Source: an uncultured Verrucomicrobiae bacterium | GTDB taxonomy: Bacteria; Verrucomicrobiota; Verrucomicrobiia; Chthoniobacterales; Chthoniobacteraceae | NCBI GenBank assembly: GCA_963828525.1 | Contig: CAWHEP010000007.1 | Coordinates: 32,001 to 96,000, forward strand | DNA: 64,000 nucleotides | Direction of reading: 5' to 3' | Shown: positions 10,508 through 20,915 of the stretch, in pieces | Layout: the number at the start of each line of letters is the position of its first letter | Position numbering within the stretch: position 1 is the stretch's first letter | Made by a program: the position numbers and the translations under genes | The notes under the pieces: model-generated | What the model saw: the letters and a program-made list of their open reading frames with translations, nothing else | The model's database searches: none | Told to the model about the DNA's origin: nothing

Positions 10508-11519
10508 CTAACAAGCAGAGATCGGAAACCGAATACCGTCCAGAAACTCTCCCAGGCTTTTCAGCGCTCCGATCCTGCCAACCACCTCCCGCAGGTTTGC
10601 CAGCGCTGGCGGTATATGCTTCAGAAACTCCGCTCGCTGCTTCACGATCCCAAGGTACCCATACGCTCCCAGCGCCTGCATCAGCCGTTGCATCGCGCAC
10701 AGATCGAAAATGGAATCGAAGTTCTCCAGCAGGCCCACTCCGTCGCGCGCGCAGCACTCCTTATAATAATTCACCAGCTCCCCGCGTTCCTCTGCCGACA
10801 GCGCGACATAAGGGTCATAGACGATGCTCGCCAGATCATACTGCCGCAACCCGGGCCGGAGACCTTGAAAGTCGATCAGGTAAGCCTGTCCTCCTCGTAT
10901 GATGACATTCTGCGACTGGAAATCGCGATGCGCCAGCGCTCGAGGCTGCCTGCCAAGTCGCCTGGCGATCTCGCCTAGCGCGTCCAACTGGCATCTTCCC
11001 TCGATCGCCGCCCGCTCAACTCCAAAATACAGCCCCAGGCAGTTCTCGAAAAAGTAATCCTGTTCCCACCGGTAAAGCGCCGTTGTAAACTCTTTCTGCA
11101 AAACCAGCGGGGAGGAATGCAGCGCTGCCGGGCCGCGCGTATGGAGGAAGCATAACTGCTCCAGCGCGTCGCAATACAAAGGTCGTCGTCGGAGTGCCAA
11201 TTCTCTTCCCGGAACGACCAGAGATCATCTTCTCCCAAATCCTCCATCCAGATCAGCCCTTCCCCCTCATCATGGAAATACACTTCCGGTGCCCGGACGC
11301 CAATGGTTCGCAAAAATCCGCGATCCTGACGTAGTGACGGTTCTCTTCCCGCTGACCGCCATACTTTACGAGGATCAATGATCGCGCGTCACTGACGCGG
11401 ATGCGGTAGTACTTGCGGTCGGAACCCCCTTTCTCAATGGGGTTGATCGCGATCCCCTCTTTTTCGAAGCGGGGGAATTGGATCAGCGTCCGGTCGATGA
11501 GAGTTTGAGCGTGTGCCAT
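10508..11519 (-). CDS. Aminoglycoside-phosphotransferase-fold kinase, AmgK-like; frameshifted
   Basis: GGSDRKYYR, MEDLG, HRDFQSQNV, IDFQG, YDLAS, QRLMQALGAYG across three frames; adjacent to a MurU-like gene. Confidence 0.8.
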
Positions 11520-11522
11520 GGG

Positions 11523-12483
11523 TCAAAAATCCTGTCCGGAATGCGCGCCTCGCGCCTCCCGGCCAGCTGTCACGATACAACTTTCGAGCCTTGTATCGGA
11601 AGCAATTTTCGCTCCAGCCCACAAAATGGAATCGTGCAGGAAAGCATCGTCGCCGATCTCCGCTCCGGCCCCTACAACCGTCGCGCCAGAGAGCGTAACG
11701 TTCCTCCCGATGCGCGCCGTCTCGCTTACCCACACCGGAGGAGCCCCGCCAAACAGCGCGCGGCTCGCCCGCCTCGGCGAAGTCATCTTTGAGGCGCTTA
11801 TGCGCCGCGAGATATTGCTCCCTGCTGCCGAGGTCCCACCATTCTCCTTCATCGATCACCACAGCTCCCAGCCGCTCCCCGCGCCGAATCATCTCCAGGA
11901 ACAAAGGAATCACCGATACCTTCGCCCCAGGCGCGATCCTGGCCAGAAACCGCGGCGACACGACGTAGATTCCGGTAAACAAGTATCCGCCGGCAAGGCC
12001 TGCCGCCCGTCCGCCGATATCCAGAACCCGAGTGGATGCCTCATCCAAGGCCACATGCAACGGCCCGCCGGACGACCGCAGAACGAGGGTCACCTCGTTT
12101 TCCGGCGAAGCGCGCGCCGCCAGCCCCTCAAGCGGAAGGCTCGAAAGAACATCCCCGTTATAAACAATAAACGGCGTCTCCCCGAGAGCGGCCTCTGCCT
12201 GCTTTAACCCCCCGCCGGTCTCAAGCAGGATCTCCTCGTGGCTGAAGAATAGGGGCCTGCCCCGGTATGCTCCGTCCGGGAACTCCCGCGCGTAAGCTTC
12301 CGCCACGTGATGCGTGTTCACCACGAAATTCTGCGCCCCCGCGTCGATCAACCGATCGAAAGCGAACGTGATCAGCGGCTTTTGGCACACCGGAATCAAC
12401 GGCTTGGGCAGCCGCTCCGTCAATGGCATCAGCCGCGTCCCAAGCCCCGCGCCTAGAACAAAGGCGGTATGGAGTTTAGGCAT
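11523..12483 (-). CDS. Sugar-phosphate nucleotidyltransferase, MurU-like; frameshift near the C-terminus
   Basis: LGAGLGTRLMPLTERLPKPL, LETGGG, NGD, WWDLG; hexapeptide-like tail in the second frame. Confidence 0.85.
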
Positions 12484-12516
12484 GGCTGCTGCATGCCGGA
12501 CCGCCGGGCCTCTCGA

Positions 12517-13473
12517 CTACGCGAGGCACTTGCGGAGCTCTTTCTCGATCTCGTCCCGCTTCAGCCCCTTCCCGATAAAGACGATCTGGCTCGTTCGCGT
12601 TTCCTCCTTGTTCCACAGTCGATCCCAGAAGATCGTGAAGCGGTTGTTCACGCCATGGAAGATCGCCCGCCGCGGGTTCCCAGCTATGGACACGATCCCC
12701 TTCGAGCGATACACCTTTTCCCGCTCCGATAACTCCTGCACGAATGTCTCGAACCGGTCCACGTGGAACGGCAGTTCGAAACGGAATGAGAACGAGGTAA
12801 TTTCGCCGTGATGCCGCGTCTGCAGCTCGTCCAAAAACTTCGGATCGATCGCCAGCTTCTGATCGACATCAAACGCGTTCATATCGAGCATCTCCTTCAG
12901 GTTCACCTCTGAGTGATTTGTCGGAAAGATTTGCGCCTGCGGATTTATCAGGCGGATGGAGTCTTCCACCTCCTTCAGTCGAGCGCCTTCCACCAGATCC
13001 GTCTTGTTCAGGAGAACAAAATCAGCCATCGCGATCTGCTCCCGCGCCGCCTCCGTCTCCCGCATCTGCGTCTCGATCTGCTCGGCGTCCACTACCGTGA
13101 CGATGGAATCCAGGCGCACATGCTTCTGTAGCGCCGGGATGTTTAGGAACGTCTGCGCTACCGGCCCCGGATCGGCAATGCCGGTGGTTTCCACCAGCAG
13201 ATAATCGAAGCCGCCCCGTTTCAGGAGCTGCTGGATGCCTCGCACAAGATCCTTCCGGATGGTGCAGCACACGCACCCGTTGTTCATCTGCACGATCTCT
13301 TCGCTCTGGTTCTCCACCAGTTGCGAGTCAATCCCGATCTCCCCCACCTCATTTACGATGATCCCGAACTTGTAGCCGTGCTGCTGCTTCAGGATGTAGT
13401 TCAGCAGCGTGGTTTTGCCCGCGCCAAGGAAGCCGGTCAGGATCGTCGCGGGTATGGGTGCAGGCTCAGACAT
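12517..13473 (-). CDS. CobW/COG0523 G3E GTPase (metallochaperone)
   Basis: TGFLGAGKTT, VNEVG, GCVCC, ETTGIADP, NKTD, YRSKG. Confidence 0.93.
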   Translation of the reverse strand: MSEPAPIPATILTGFLGAGKTTLLNYILKQQHGYKFGIIVNEVGEIGIDSQLVENQSEEIVQMNNGCVCCTIRKDLVRGIQQLLKRGGFDYLLVETTGIADPGPVAQTFLNIPALQKHVRLDSIVTVVDAEQIETQMRETEAAREQIAMADFVLLNKTDLVEGARLKEVEDSIRLINPQAQIFPTNHSEVNLKEMLDMNAFDVDQKLAIDPKFLDELQTRHHGEITSFSFRFELPFHVDRFETFVQELSEREKVYRSKGIVSIAGNPRRAIFHGVNNRFTIFWDRLWNKEETRTSQIVFIGKGLKRDEIEKELRKCLA

Positions 13474-13522
13474 AGTATTCCCTCTTTGACTCCCGCTTCG
13501 TAAGCGGATGCGCCGCCCTACT

Positions 13523-13726
13523 CTACGCCTTTATCTTTAAAACCGGCAACCCGGTCTTTGCGCTCTGGGAAACTTCATACCCGCTCGGCATCGCCTCGAT
13601 AGCCTCGTCACCCAGCTCATCCGCGAAGAAATACAGGTTCACCTGATGACCGCTCTTAAAGTGCTCCTGCCGTTGATGCAGGTAATACACCTTGTCCGAC
13701 TCCGCGCACTTCACGCTATAAGCCAT
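13523..13726 (-). CDS. Small conserved hypothetical protein
   Basis: 67 aa; the pattern YYLH...YFFA...P.GYEV...KTGLPVLK resembles a widespread uncharacterised small-protein family (from recall). Confidence 0.7.
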   Translation of the reverse strand: MAYSVKCAESDKVYYLHQRQEHFKSGHQVNLYFFADELGDEAIEAMPSGYEVSQSAKTGLPVLKIKA

Positions 13727-13744
13727 CAGACAACCCTTTGGGAG

Positions 13745-14008
13745 CTAAATGATCCCGGCGCTCTTTAACGTCGCGAACGCCCCGTTCTTCGATACCGTCT
13801 TCAGCGCGCGAGCCGTCAGCTTCACGCGAACGAATTTTGAAAGTTCCGGCACCCAAAGCCGCTTATTCCTGAGGTTTGGCGTGAACGTCCGCGGCGTGTT
13901 TGCCGTCACATGCCGCCCCACGCCTCCCTTTTTCTTTGCCATACCCCGCCGATGGATGATCGTCCCCTTTGAGACACGCGCTTTTGTGATGCTGCAGACC
14001 TTGGACAT
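13745..14008 (-). CDS. rpmB: 50S ribosomal protein L28
   Basis: MSKVC...RRGMAKKKGGVG...RTFTPNL...WVPEL...KLTARALKT, the long PVC-type L28. Confidence 0.95.
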   Translation of the reverse strand: MSKVCSITKARVSKGTIIHRRGMAKKKGGVGRHVTANTPRTFTPNLRNKRLWVPELSKFVRVKLTARALKTVSKNGAFATLKSAGII

Positions 14009-14147
14009 ATAAGAGTTCCTCCGTGAGGGCCGCTACATTCCCTCCAGAGCAGCAAAGGGTCAAGTGATATTCTACCCATGTAACAACCCGAACCCCGCTA
14101 TCATTGCCCCAAGGTAGGAAAACCCAAGGTGGTCTCGAATTGAGAGA

Positions 14148-14771
14148 TCACCATTCGTCGGGCGCCAGCCTGGCGTAGAGACCGGTCCAAAGCGAAATTT
14201 GTAGTTGCAGCGACTTGCACCAGGCCAGGTGCATCTTCTCGATGTCCTCCGCAGAATGTCCCTTCGCTGTCATGAAGGGCCTGATCGTCTCATTCATCAC
14301 GGGAATGAAGGCGATAATGTCGCGCAACGGCACGTGCGGTGTTGATTGCGCTCCATCCACCTGGTTCTTCTTCAGGCTCGTGTGACGAAGGGCGATCTCC
14401 TGCTGATAGTCGAGCCAGGTTTGGTCGTATGGCCTCAGGCAGGTGTCCAAAATCCACTGCTGAAATCGCTGATTGCTGGCCCCCAGATAATTGGGAAGCG
14501 GATTTCCTTCCGGGGAACGGGAGTGCCGGGCCAGATGGGGGATGCCCGCGATAATGCCACTGCGCCAGTGCTCGACGATCTGTTTTGCCTGGTCGCCAAG
14601 CACCTCACCTGCAAGCCGCAGATAACGTTCGTCCTCTTCAGTAAAGCCGACGCTGATTTTAATCTGTTCCAGTTCCTGAACTGAAATTGACGACTTCGGA
14701 ACGGCGTCGCCGCCGTAGGCGTAGCCTGGAATGGATTCGGAGATTTTTTTAATGATCGTTTCCTCCCTCAT
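14148..14771 (-). CDS. Protoglobin
   Basis: IPGYAYG, FTEEDERYL..AGEVL.DQ, WILDTC.RPYDQTWLDYQ.EI.LRH...KKNQ.D. Confidence 0.9.
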   Translation of the reverse strand: MREETIIKKISESIPGYAYGGDAVPKSSISVQELEQIKISVGFTEEDERYLRLAGEVLGDQAKQIVEHWRSGIIAGIPHLARHSRSPEGNPLPNYLGASNQRFQQWILDTCLRPYDQTWLDYQQEIALRHTSLKKNQVDGAQSTPHVPLRDIIAFIPVMNETIRPFMTAKGHSAEDIEKMHLAWCKSLQLQISLWTGLYARLAPDEW

Positions 14772-15173
14772 TGGGTGTATTCATGAAGGTGGTCGCCATG
14801 GGCGGTTAAATGGCTGGAATGTCTGGTTTTATTCTCTCGTCCCCCGATATGGGGTGACAAGTCTTTTCCCAGGCCTCGCGGGAAGAAGAGCGCCGTCGCG
14901 ATGACCTCAATCCGGGGCCTTACGGCAGTGGATTGAATGAACGTCGACCGCCGTTGTAGCGCTCGCTCTCCGTGTCCGCCTCCCGAATGGAGACCACAGT
15001 TTGTTCCTTGAGGGCATCGTAGTGCGGTTGAGCTGCTGACGCTCGATTATCACCTCTAGGCCAAGGAAAATCGGAGCTTAATAGAGACTGTCACCTCTCC
15101 CATTGTTTTTGCTCCCCAAGCGCCGCGCTTCCTCAATGAGCAGCGCCTCCACTTCGTCCGCTCTGGGCAACGG

Positions 15174-15404
15174 CTAAAATCCCGCTTCTTCGCTCTTCTG
15201 CTTGCGAACCGTGCCGGTTACCTCGTGCGCCCGATCCAGCGAACGCTTCAGGTAATCGTAGGAAGCGGGCGTAATCTGCGCCACAGCCGCGACCGGCGGA
15301 GCCGTTGCCGCAGCAGTCGATTCCGTGCGGGATGGCGCTGTCCTTGAAAGGAAGAAGAATCCCGCTCCTCCAGCGATGACCAGGAATAAATATCTCACAT
15401 CCAC
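15174..15404 (-). CDS. Small membrane-anchored or secreted hypothetical protein
   Basis: N-terminal hydrophobic segment, Ala/Pro linker, YLKRSLDRA. Confidence 0.5.
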   Translation of the reverse strand: MDVRYLFLVIAGGAGFFFLSRTAPSRTESTAAATAPPVAAVAQITPASYDYLKRSLDRAHEVTGTVRKQKSEEAGF

Positions 15405-15509
15405 AGCTAAAGCAGGGATTGGGCCAGTGCGGCGCCCCGCCTCCTTTACTCGCCTCCCATATTTCCCGCTTCATAATTTTCCTTTTTCACGGATAGTTCC
15501 CGGACAGCA

Positions 15510-17633
15510 GTGGCAAAAAAAAGTAAGCCGAAGAGGCTCCTATGGTTTCTGGCCTTTCTCGCGGTGCTCCTCTTTCTGGGAGCATGCGTCGTTTACGCCG
15601 TTTGGGCGCAGACCTTCAACATGAAGGATGTGGACAATATGCCGGAACTTTCCGCCGCTTACGACGTGGATGGGCGCTTTTACACGCGTCTCCGCGGCGA
15701 AGACCGCATCATCGTTCCGCTGAGCCAGGTCTCAAAGCACTTCGTACAGGCGCTTCTCGCGCGCGAGGATACCCGCTTCTACAAACATCATGGTGTGGAC
15801 CCGTGGGGCATCGCTCGCGCCATAGGTCGCAATCTCACGCGCATGTCCGTCCGGGAAGGTGCCAGCACCATCACTCAGCAACTCGCCCGGAATAGTTTCC
15901 GCCTCGGCGGCCATAATCTGCATAGAAAAGTCCTCGAGGCTTTCGTCGCCGCGCGCATCGAGCGGAATTACTCGAAGGATGACATCCTCGGTTGCTACGT
16001 GAATCGCATCTATTTTGGCTCCGGATTCTACGGAGTGGAGACCGCGAGCCGCGCTTATTTCAACAAACACGCCGCTCAACTCAATCTTCCCGAGTCCGCG
16101 ATGCTGGTGGGCTTGATCCGCAGTCCGAACCGGTTCTCCCCTTTCAATAATTACAAAGCCGCCGTCGCCCAGAAGGACGCCGTCCTCACCCGCATGGCCG
16201 GCCTTGAGATGATCTCCAAGGCGGAAGCTGACAGGGCGATTAACAGCCGTGTTGCCATCTCCCGCAAGCCGCCGCTGACCCCTCAGCAGAACTACGCGCT
16301 GGATGCCGTGCGCGATGAGTTGAACATCATCCTGAGCAACGACCAGATCAAAGAAGGCGGCCTCAAGGTTTATACCAGTCTTGATCCGGTGTTGCAGAAG
16401 GCCGCCGGAGACGCTGTTGAAACACAGTTGCGCAAGATCGAGTCGCGCCCGGGTTTCCCGCATCCTCGCAAGCCGCAGACTGCTCCCGAGGATGGCTACG
16501 GAATGTCCACCCCTTACCTCCAGGGAGCCGTCGTCGTCATCGATAACCACACCGGCGGGATCAGCGCCCTTGTCGGCGGGCGCGACTACGGAGATAGCAA
16601 ACTCGACCGCGCCTTTTCCCCGCGCCAGCTCGGCTCCACCTTTAAGCCCTTCGTCTACGCCGCGGCGTTCCAGCGCGGCTTGTTGCCGGGTGCCGCCATT
16701 GATGACGCTCCGTTGCGCCCTGGAGAAATCCATGGAGCCGGCGCGTGGAATCCCTCTAACTCGGACGGGCAGAATCGCGGTACCCTTCGCGCCGACGAAG
16801 GGCTGATCCAGTCCCGCAACACCATGAGCGCCCGCGTCGGCAACTTCGCCGGTATGGACGCAGTGCGGAAACTCGCCGATGTCTCAGGCATCCCGGATGT
16901 CCCCAAGGTTCCCGCCATTTATTTGGGCGCGTTCGAAGGCAAGTTGCGCGATGTCACGGCGGCTTACTCCGTCTTCCCTAATGATGGAACCCGCAACCAG
17001 CCCTATCTCATCGAGCGGATTGACGATGCGGATGGGCAGGTCATCTACCAGGCGGCTCATATCACCACCACGCCACTCGACCCTGGAGTGAGCTGGCTCA
17101 TTTCTTCGACTCTCCAGAAAGTCCTGCTGCGAGGCACCGCCGCGGCTTCGCGCTCCCTTGGTTTTAACAAGATCGCCGCGGGCAAGACAGGCACTACGAA
17201 CGACTACAAGGACGCATGGTTCATGGGCTACACCAAATCGCTGACATGTGGCGTGTGGGTCGGGTTTGACCAGCCAGCCACCATTATGCAAAAGGGCTAC
17301 GGAGCCGCGCTTGCCCTTCCCATCTGGGTGCAGGTGATGAACGCCGCTCCGTCGCAACGCTACCCCGCTTCACCGCTCGATTGCGCCGTGCCGTTGCGGC
17401 GCGTCAACGTTTGCGCGGAATCCAATGGGCTTGCAACCACCGGCTGCCAGGCCGCGCGGGCGGATTACCAGATCGACCTGCCGGAAACTCTCATCCCGAA
17501 GGATTTCTGCCGCGTTCATGGCGGCGCGCAAACCCGCTTCTGGAGCCCGAGCGACCGGAACCCAGCCGAACGTTCCTCAAAAAATCCTGCGTTCATTCTG
17601 GAATTTCTTCGGTCACTAGATCCGGACGGCTGA
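15510..17633 (+). CDS. Class A penicillin-binding protein (PBP1A family)
   Basis: EDTRFYKHHG, GASTITQQL, RKVLE, GSTFKP, SRN, KTG. Confidence 0.95.
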   Translation: MAKKSKPKRLLWFLAFLAVLLFLGACVVYAVWAQTFNMKDVDNMPELSAAYDVDGRFYTRLRGEDRIIVPLSQVSKHFVQALLAREDTRFYKHHGVDPWGIARAIGRNLTRMSVREGASTITQQLARNSFRLGGHNLHRKVLEAFVAARIERNYSKDDILGCYVNRIYFGSGFYGVETASRAYFNKHAAQLNLPESAMLVGLIRSPNRFSPFNNYKAAVAQKDAVLTRMAGLEMISKAEADRAINSRVAISRKPPLTPQQNYALDAVRDELNIILSNDQIKEGGLKVYTSLDPVLQKAAGDAVETQLRKIESRPGFPHPRKPQTAPEDGYGMSTPYLQGAVVVIDNHTGGISALVGGRDYGDSKLDRAFSPRQLGSTFKPFVYAAAFQRGLLPGAAIDDAPLRPGEIHGAGAWNPSNSDGQNRGTLRADEGLIQSRNTMSARVGNFAGMDAVRKLADVSGIPDVPKVPAIYLGAFEGKLRDVTAAYSVFPNDGTRNQPYLIERIDDADGQVIYQAAHITTTPLDPGVSWLISSTLQKVLLRGTAAASRSLGFNKIAAGKTGTTNDYKDAWFMGYTKSLTCGVWVGFDQPATIMQKGYGAALALPIWVQVMNAAPSQRYPASPLDCAVPLRRVNVCAESNGLATTGCQAARADYQIDLPETLIPKDFCRVHGGAQTRFWSPSDRNPAERSSKNPAFILEFLRSLDPDG

Positions 17634-17648
17634 GCATCTGAACAAAAC

Positions 17649-18701
17649 ATGTTGAAAGCCCTGCTCCTCTGCCTTGTTTGTTCTTGCTTGGTTGAAACCG
17701 CCGCTTGGGCCGATCCCACGCCGCCAACTGTGGGCGCGCTTGATCTAAAGTCGATCCCATCGCCTGTGATATTCCGCGGCGACGCGACCACGGCCTACCG
17801 CGATCCGGCGGCCGTTTATTACGGTGGCTGGTTTTATCTCTATTTCGAGGTCATCAAAGTCGAAGACAACAAAGAGGTCTATATCTACACCGCCTGGAGT
17901 AAAAGCCGCGATCTCGCGCGGTGGACATCTCCGAAGATCTTTACGCCTCGGGATCAAAAGCTTAACTACGGCAGCCCCGGAGACGTCGTTCGCGACGGAG
18001 ACGAGTGGGTAATGTGCCTTCAAACTTATCCACGCCCCAACCATGACCGCTTTGGCAATGCTGACTCCCGCGTCTGGACGATGCGCAGCAAGGATCTGGA
18101 GAACTGGGGACCTCCGGAACTGCTGCAAGTTAAGGGACCTGACGTATCTCAGGAGAAGATGGGCCGGATGATCGACCCGTTTTTGATCCGAGACAAGGAC
18201 GACCCCGGCAAATGGTGGTGCTTCTATAAGCAGAAAGGCATCAGTCTCTCGTGGTCGCGCGATCTCAAAACATGGACTCTCGACAGCCATATTTCTGCGG
18301 GAGAAAATCCGTGCGTGATTGTGGATGGCGCCGACTATGTGCTTTTCCACTCGCCGGCCACCGGTATCGGGGTGAAGCGAAGCAACGACCTCAAGACGTG
18401 GCGAAACGAAGGCGTGCTGATGTTGGGGATCAAAGAGTGGCCGTGGGCGCAGGGGCGTCTCACCGCTGGGTTTGTCCTCGATCTGCGCAAAGATCCTCGC
18501 GTGGGCAAGGCGCTGATGTTCTTCCATGGATCGGCCTACAAGGAGTCAGATCCCCGGGGTGGATTCGACAACTTCGCCAGCCTGGGTCTGGCATGGAGCG
18601 ATGATCTAAGGAATTGGACGTGGCCGGAGCCTCCGACGGAACACCCATCGAACGTTGGGTCGCCTCAACCCGTGGCCCAGAGTTCGCCATCTGCGCGGTG
18701 A
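17649..18701 (+). CDS. Secreted five-bladed beta-propeller glycosidase-like protein
   Basis: Signal peptide; YRDPA, MIDP, ENP; repeated S.DL..W boxes. Confidence 0.65.
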   Translation: MLKALLLCLVCSCLVETAAWADPTPPTVGALDLKSIPSPVIFRGDATTAYRDPAAVYYGGWFYLYFEVIKVEDNKEVYIYTAWSKSRDLARWTSPKIFTPRDQKLNYGSPGDVVRDGDEWVMCLQTYPRPNHDRFGNADSRVWTMRSKDLENWGPPELLQVKGPDVSQEKMGRMIDPFLIRDKDDPGKWWCFYKQKGISLSWSRDLKTWTLDSHISAGENPCVIVDGADYVLFHSPATGIGVKRSNDLKTWRNEGVLMLGIKEWPWAQGRLTAGFVLDLRKDPRVGKALMFFHGSAYKESDPRGGFDNFASLGLAWSDDLRNWTWPEPPTEHPSNVGSPQPVAQSSPSAR

Positions 18702-18711
18702 GATACACCCA

Positions 18712-19491
18712 TTAGCCGCCAGCCTGCGCTTTCGGAAGATGCAGTGTGCAGTACTCCTCGCCGTCCCGTGAGACGCGGAAATCCAACTCCGGCTTCGTCA
18801 GCTCCGTTTCCTTGCAAACCGCGCAATGATGCAGCGCTTCATCCTCGGGCATGGCCTTCCGCTTGAATTCCATTCGGCGGGCCGTGACAGTCCGCCTCTG
18901 CCGTACGTTGTCGATCAGCCGCGGTCCGAAGAACAGAAGGTAATTTGAAAGTGAAACAACGATCGCCATTTTTACCGAGGCGCCCGATTGGAGGAACGTC
19001 GCGAGCACGAGCCCGAACGAGAGCAGGGCGATCCACTTGATCTTCAAAGGCAGGATGAAGAACACGTACATCACCTCGTCCGGAAACACCGTCCCGAACG
19101 CGAAAAGCAACGAGAGGTTTAAAAAGGGGTTCATGTTGACCCCTCCAAAGAAAAATGCGGCCGCCGTGCATCCCGCCATCCCGCAAAGGTAAAAAACATT
19201 TAGCTTGAACGCCCCCCAGGCCTGCTCCAGCCCCTCTCCCATATTCCAAAGGAACATCAACGCCATAAACAGCCACAGCGGGCTGAATGCCGGAGGGATG
19301 AAGATGTAGGTAAACAGCCTCCACACCTGCCCTTGGGCGATCTTCGCTGGAATTAACGTGAGATATTGCGCGTAACCCGGGTTGCTCAACATCAGCGCGT
19401 ATGTCAACCCGTTGAACATCACCACCACGCGGATTAGGCCCGGTATGGCAAGATTCCCAAACCGCGCTTCAAGAGAGTCAATCCACTTCAT
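18712..19491 (-). CDS. Rhomboid/Der1-like membrane protein with a Cys/His-rich C-terminal tail
   Basis: GQVWRLFTYIFIP, multiple TM segments, LPLKIKW; C-terminal HHCAVC...YCTLH. Confidence 0.7.
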   Translation of the reverse strand: MKWIDSLEARFGNLAIPGLIRVVVMFNGLTYALMLSNPGYAQYLTLIPAKIAQGQVWRLFTYIFIPPAFSPLWLFMALMFLWNMGEGLEQAWGAFKLNVFYLCGMAGCTAAAFFFGGVNMNPFLNLSLLFAFGTVFPDEVMYVFFILPLKIKWIALLSFGLVLATFLQSGASVKMAIVVSLSNYLLFFGPRLIDNVRQRRTVTARRMEFKRKAMPEDEALHHCAVCKETELTKPELDFRVSRDGEEYCTLHLPKAQAGG

Positions 19492-19516
19492 TCGTCGTGG
19501 CGGGACAACACCTGGC

Positions 19517-20875
19517 CTATTCTAACCGGCGGAAAACTTCGCCTCGATCAATGCCGCGCAGCCTTTCCCGAATGGCCCGGTCCGGCAGCCGTTCCACCAC
19601 TTCATTCAGAAAGCCCGCGACGATTAACCTCTGCGCGGCTGCCGGCGGGATTCCGCGCGATAAGAAGGTAGAAATATTCATCGTCATCGATCTGTCCCGA
19701 CGTCGCTCCGTGGGTGCATCGGACTTCGTCCGCGAGAATCTCAAGTCCGGGCATGGAGTTCGCCTCCGCGTCGTCGCTCAGCAGCAAGATTCCGCACTTT
19801 CTGATACGCGTCCGTCCGATGTGCGTGCGGCTCGACTCGGATCAGGCCCGCAAAATCGTGCGTGCGCTGTCTGCCAGCGAGTTTTTATAAAGCAGATCGC
19901 TCGTCGTATTCGGCTGCCGATGATCTTGCAATGTTCGCTGGTCGAATTCCTGCCCCTCCGAGGCGGCGGAGACAGCCAGCATATCGCTCCTGCCGCCAGG
20001 CCCGACCAGACGGCTTACATTTTCGCCCGCGCGAATAAGCCGAACCAAGATTTACATTTAGCGTCAGCGCGGAAGCGTCCCGATTTACCACCGTCGAATT
20101 GATGTGAAAGGAGACAGACCTTCCGACTCCAGTTTTGCACGCAAATATAGTTGAGCTCGCGCGCCGCGCCCCGCATACAGATCGTTCACTCCGCACGCAA
20201 GACCCGCTCGCGTTCGCATCAGTCGATTCAAAATAATCGATGAGCGTCACTTTGCTCATCTCCTCGGCGACGACAAGCGTGTGCGGGAAGGTCGAAGCCC
20301 GCTCGCCATCAAGCCAGTGGAACACCTCAATGGGGAGATCGATCTCGACCCCGCGCGGCACATACAAAAAGGTGCCGGACTTCACCATCGCCGCATGCAA
20401 CGCCGCGAACTTTCGCGAACCAAGCACCACCTCCTGTGTCATGAAATGCTTGCGAAGAATATCCTCGTGTTGCACCGACGCCTTTTCAATCGATTCCCAA
20501 ATAACCCCCTTCTCCGACAAGCCCCTTCGAATGCGCTTCGCGCGTAAGCAACTCGTCATTGGCGAACACCATCCGCCCCGCATTTTTCGCAAGGCCCACC
20601 GAGCGCTCGATCAACTGTTCTCGCACTTCGCTGGAGACAGGACGCGCCTTGCGATAGCCGTCAGATCCAAGCGCCTTGATCGAAGCAAAGCGCCATTTCT
20701 CATCCGTGCGCGTTGGCGCTGGCAGTTGCTGAAAGCTCTCCCATCCGGTTGCCCGCACTGTATCGAACCACCCGCTGCCGCCGTCCGGCGATGGCCCTCC
20801 CGAAACGATCAATGCCGTGTCGTCCTCGCTTGCGATCCGTTCCTGTTCCTGTGGTGCGGCCAGAGATGTGCTCAT
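19517..20875 (-). CDS. sufD: Fe-S cluster assembly protein SufD; multiple frameshifts
   Basis: [49 protein letters not shown]...LIVAGF. Confidence 0.9.
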
Positions 20876-20915
20876 CCTTTTACAACGTAGCGTCCTCGAG
20901 AGTCGGTGCCTCCCT

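Noticed and set aside
14772..15130. Possible riboswitch or ncRNA in long intergenic stretches (also 23640-23900, 56290-56790)
   Set aside because: No motif or convincing structure recognisable by eye; an Rfam/Infernal scan would be needed
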